Program-made: the position numbers and the translations under genes
NCBI GenBank assembly: GCA_965208575.1
Contig: CBDBOV010000002.1
Span: 256,001 to 320,000 of the forward strand
Reading direction: 5' to 3'
DNA from: Spirochaetia bacterium
Lineage (GTDB): Bacteria; Spirochaetota; Spirochaetia; SZUA-6; Bin103
DNA: 64,000 nt
Shown: positions 61,241 through 64,000 of the stretch, in pieces
How the letters are laid out: the number at the start of each line of letters is the position of its first letter
Numbering within the stretch: the stretch's first letter is position 1
The notes under the pieces: generated by a model
The model's input: only the letters and a program-made list of their open reading frames with translations
The model's database searches: none
Told to the model about the DNA's origin: nothing

Positions 61241-61701
61241 ACGTAACTCCAGTTGTTGATGTGTGAGAGTATTGCGCAGCCAATTGCTGCGTTTTCGCCA
61301 CTCTCGCGCCCGCACCGCAGGCGCCCGGACGGAGTCGAATTCACTTGCCAGCGCGCGGCGTGCGACTCAAGGGCCCACGCCCTTCACGCCGCGCGCGAGT
61401 GCGGTTCCTTGAGTATCATTCTGCGCCTCCGATGCACCGGCAAGAGCCGGCGGGGTTGTGGTGAATGAAGGAGTGATACGACCGAAGAGTGAGGGACCCA
61501 TAACTTCGCGGTGCCGGACGGCGGCGCCACACATGGCGTGCCGCTACCTCGGCGCTGAAGGCGCCCGCGGTGTGATGGTGGCGTCTCATCCCAATCCGCC
61601 GTTCTCTGAATGCCCGAATCGTCGCACGCGGGCGGCAGCCTGTCAACCTCCCGTTGGAGCGATACTTGCGCCGGCGTGTGTATTACCGTCATTCTTGACG
61701 T

Positions 61702-61974
61702 ATGACGATGTTGAGCTTTCGGGTGCAGGAAGCGGACGCGCAAGCGGCCACCCATTGGGCAGCCGCACTGGGCGTTGACCGGTCGGACCTGTTGCGGGAG
61801 GCGCTCCGCCGCCACCTGGTCAGTCTGGCGGCGGCGAAAGAAGTGGCCGCGTACACCCGGTCGCCGCTCGATGCCGGCGAGCGGTCGCTGTCGGCAATCG
61901 CCGATTGGGGGCCGGCCGAGGAGTGGTCCGACTGGTCCGATGCCGCGGCCACTGGCGAGCATGAGACGCGGTGA
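61702..61974 (+). CDS. Ribbon-helix-helix antitoxin
   Basis: MLSFRV...RSDLLREALRRHL...DWGPAEEWSDW; overlaps a PemK/MazF start. Confidence 0.75.
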   Translation: MTMLSFRVQEADAQAATHWAAALGVDRSDLLREALRRHLVSLAAAKEVAAYTRSPLDAGERSLSAIADWGPAEEWSDWSDAAATGEHETR

Positions 61975-62046
61975 AGTCTCGTTCGCGGCCACGCCGGGTG
62001 GGGACCGCCCCGTGCTGGTGCTGACCCGCGACCCGGTCGCCGGCCG
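61961..62046 (+). pseudogene. PemK/MazF toxin 5' fragment truncated by the SBP cassette
   Basis: MRRGEV..A...GDRPVLVLTRD, then runs into CGCGACGACCTCCCA..., which also follows SBP copy 1 (from about 59374). Confidence 0.75.
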
Positions 62047-62079
62047 CGACGACCTCCCAGCTCCGTTCTTCTTCAAACC

Positions 62080-63915
62080 CTAAAAGCCCATCGACTCCTT
62101 CAGCTCCTGGTCGATCCAGAGGCGGGCGGCGATGGTATATTCAAATTCGCGACTTGCCAGTTTCAATTCTCCGTTATAACCTTTGACCCACGGCTGGGTC
62201 ACACTCGTCCACGGTATTACAGTACCAGCGAATACGGTCCAGTGCCTCTCTATTGCGTACATATTCAGCTCTTTCACCAAATGCAGTTGCTCTTCTTCCG
62301 TGCTTACCTTTTCGGCAGCTGCCAACATGGCGTCATAAGCCGGATCGTTCACATTGGCCGAGTTGCCAGTAGCACCAGTCTTGTACTGAGCCATGGCGTT
62401 CCAAGGCAGCCACGACCCCGTGTCGGCCATTATGGCAAGCATCATGTCCCAATCTCTAGCGTTCCTTCTAGGCGTCAACTCCGGACCTGGCACTGGCTCA
62501 ATCTCTATATCAACGCCAATCTCGCGATAATATGTAGCGGCTAGTAATTCTATATGGCTCAGATCTTGCTGGTCAAACCAGACCAAATGGGCCTTGAACC
62601 TGGTGCCGTCGGCGCCGCGCGGATACCCCGCCTCATCAAGGAGCTTCTCGGCCCCGGCCGGGTCATACATATAGCCTTTCTTGACCTCTTCGGGCCACTC
62701 TTCAAATGGGGTACCAGCCACTGGGACATCGTTGGCAATCAGTCCCTGAGGTCCCCACGTTCCCCACCCTTTGAAGTAGGTATCGTGAAGTGTCTCAAGG
62801 TCCAGTGCCATCTGCATGGCCTTGCGCACCCGGATGTCATCAAAGGGCGCCCTCTGGGTGTTCATGCCAAAATTAGAGTCCGTCCGTACGTAATGCTCGA
62901 ATATCGCGATTTCGGGGTTGGTCCGCTTCAAGCTCTCCACCTTGTCGATACTGTTGAGCGTCGGAGGATGGTTGAGCACGGCGCCGGCGTAATCGATCTG
63001 ACCGGTGCGCAGTGCCGCAATTCGTGTTGCCGGATCCGGCATAACCTTGACGCTAAGCTCGTCAACATAGGGCAAACGGTTCCCTGGGTACTTTTCGTCA
63101 TAACCCCAGTAGTTGGGATTCTTGGTAAGGGTTAGAGAGCTGCCCTCGACAAGGTCAGTCAGCATCCAGGGTCCGGTGCCGACCACGTTCCTCCAATCCT
63201 TCATGTCTCCGTATTCCTCGATTACCTCCCGGGCAATAATATAGTGAACTACGGGGGAGATGATACCCCGCAGCGCACGGGGGTCTGGCTGCGTCAGCTT
63301 AAAAACAACCGTCCATTTGTCGGTTGCTGTTATCGATTCAATCGGCATCGTATCGAACCCATCCCAAGCGAGGACGCCGGGGGTAGGTTCGGTTTCGGAG
63401 AATTCGCCCATAGCAAGATTGCGGTGAAAGGTATATTCTACATCCTTGGCAGTTAGCTCGCGCCCAGATACCGGTGGCTTATCGTGGAAGTGAACGCCCG
63501 GGCGGATGTGGATGGTGTAGGTGAGGCCGTCCTCGGAAATTTCCCAGCTTTCCGCCAGCGCCCCTCTTTTGCCAAATAGAGGATCGGCATAACTTGACCA
63601 GTCAAATTCGTCCCTGTCTATTGCCCAGTTGCCAATGCTTAGCGACTCTAGAACACCGTGGAGCAGGCTGTGGAGGGCCCACGACGTGGAAAAATACGGG
63701 TCAGCAGTCGGAGGAAAGACACCTGACTTGGACATGGTCAATGTCCCGCCATACTCCGGCGCCGTCACCATCTTGCCGGTGGCCGGGTCGAGCACCATCT
63801 CTTTCTCGGCGGCTGCGCCCGGCTCCTCTTCCGCCGCCGCGGCCCAGAGGCCGGTTGCGGTCAGAATGAGGACCAGCCCAACCGCGAGGGTCCTTGTAAT
63901 GTGTACGATGTGCAT
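62080..63915 (-). CDS. Family 5 ABC solute-binding protein, copy 2
   Basis: Colinear paralogue of 59408-61240 with near-identical 5' and 3' ends. Confidence 0.92.
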   Translation of the reverse strand: MHIVHITRTLAVGLVLILTATGLWAAAAEEEPGAAAEKEMVLDPATGKMVTAPEYGGTLTMSKSGVFPPTADPYFSTSWALHSLLHGVLESLSIGNWAIDRDEFDWSSYADPLFGKRGALAESWEISEDGLTYTIHIRPGVHFHDKPPVSGRELTAKDVEYTFHRNLAMGEFSETEPTPGVLAWDGFDTMPIESITATDKWTVVFKLTQPDPRALRGIISPVVHYIIAREVIEEYGDMKDWRNVVGTGPWMLTDLVEGSSLTLTKNPNYWGYDEKYPGNRLPYVDELSVKVMPDPATRIAALRTGQIDYAGAVLNHPPTLNSIDKVESLKRTNPEIAIFEHYVRTDSNFGMNTQRAPFDDIRVRKAMQMALDLETLHDTYFKGWGTWGPQGLIANDVPVAGTPFEEWPEEVKKGYMYDPAGAEKLLDEAGYPRGADGTRFKAHLVWFDQQDLSHIELLAATYYREIGVDIEIEPVPGPELTPRRNARDWDMMLAIMADTGSWLPWNAMAQYKTGATGNSANVNDPAYDAMLAAAEKVSTEEEQLHLVKELNMYAIERHWTVFAGTVIPWTSVTQPWVKGYNGELKLASREFEYTIAARLWIDQELKESMGF

Positions 63916-64000
63916 ACGTAACTCCAGTTGTTGATGTGTGAGAGTATTGCGCAGCGAATTGCCGCTCTCTGGCTACTCTCGCGCCCGCAACGCAGGCGGC

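Noticed and set aside
1-64000. Integrase, transposase, tRNA, rRNA or prophage genes that would explain the island
   Set aside because: None recognised by eye. Small RNA genes cannot be excluded without covariance-model searches.

Overview
A GC-rich bacterial chromosomal window. The multi-copy 'MRTFNTAGP' AAA/PD-(D/E)XK genes and the 'LWAAAAEEE...VTAPEYGG' family-5 SBPs suggest a sponge-associated Spirochaetota-like organism, but that is an unverified inference. About 1.6-55 kb is an anti-phage defence island lying between ordinary metabolic genes on the left and an enolase-superfamily gene, higBA and a dpp/opp ABC transporter on the right. Two known systems are recognisable: an ISG15-like BilABCD ubiquitin-like conjugation operon with divergent CapH/CapP-like regulators (13.3-18.6 kb), and AVAST type 3 avs3a-avs3b (41.7-48.6 kb). 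Candidate undescribed or variant systems: (1) a DISARM-like locus of a fused DrmAB-type helicase-DUF1998-nuclease, an AlbA/HATPase/HTH regulator, an SNF2 ATPase and a type IIG-like N6-MTase with an extra C-terminal domain, coupled to a zinc-hook SMC/ABC-3C-like ATPase and followed by an OGG-like glycosylase (20.9-38.7 kb); (2) an SNF2-Mre11-Rad50 operon bracketed by two near-identical AAA-nuclease genes; (3) a Bil E2 that appears to have Trp where the catalytic Cys is expected. Two phased arrays of 10-bp direct repeats with IHF-like spacers lie upstream of the two halves of the DISARM-like locus. Nearly every module junction is built from decayed copies of the same few genes (enolase x3, RHH antitoxin x3, Phd x2, nadB x2, Rad50 3' end x2), which suggests accordion-like accretion by homology-facilitated recombination; no integrase or transposase is visible. 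Also present: a group II intron inserted in a nadB remnant, a decayed nadA-nadC-nadB operon, a HEPN candidate and several TA pseudogenes. All family calls come from motif recognition by eye, not from database searches.
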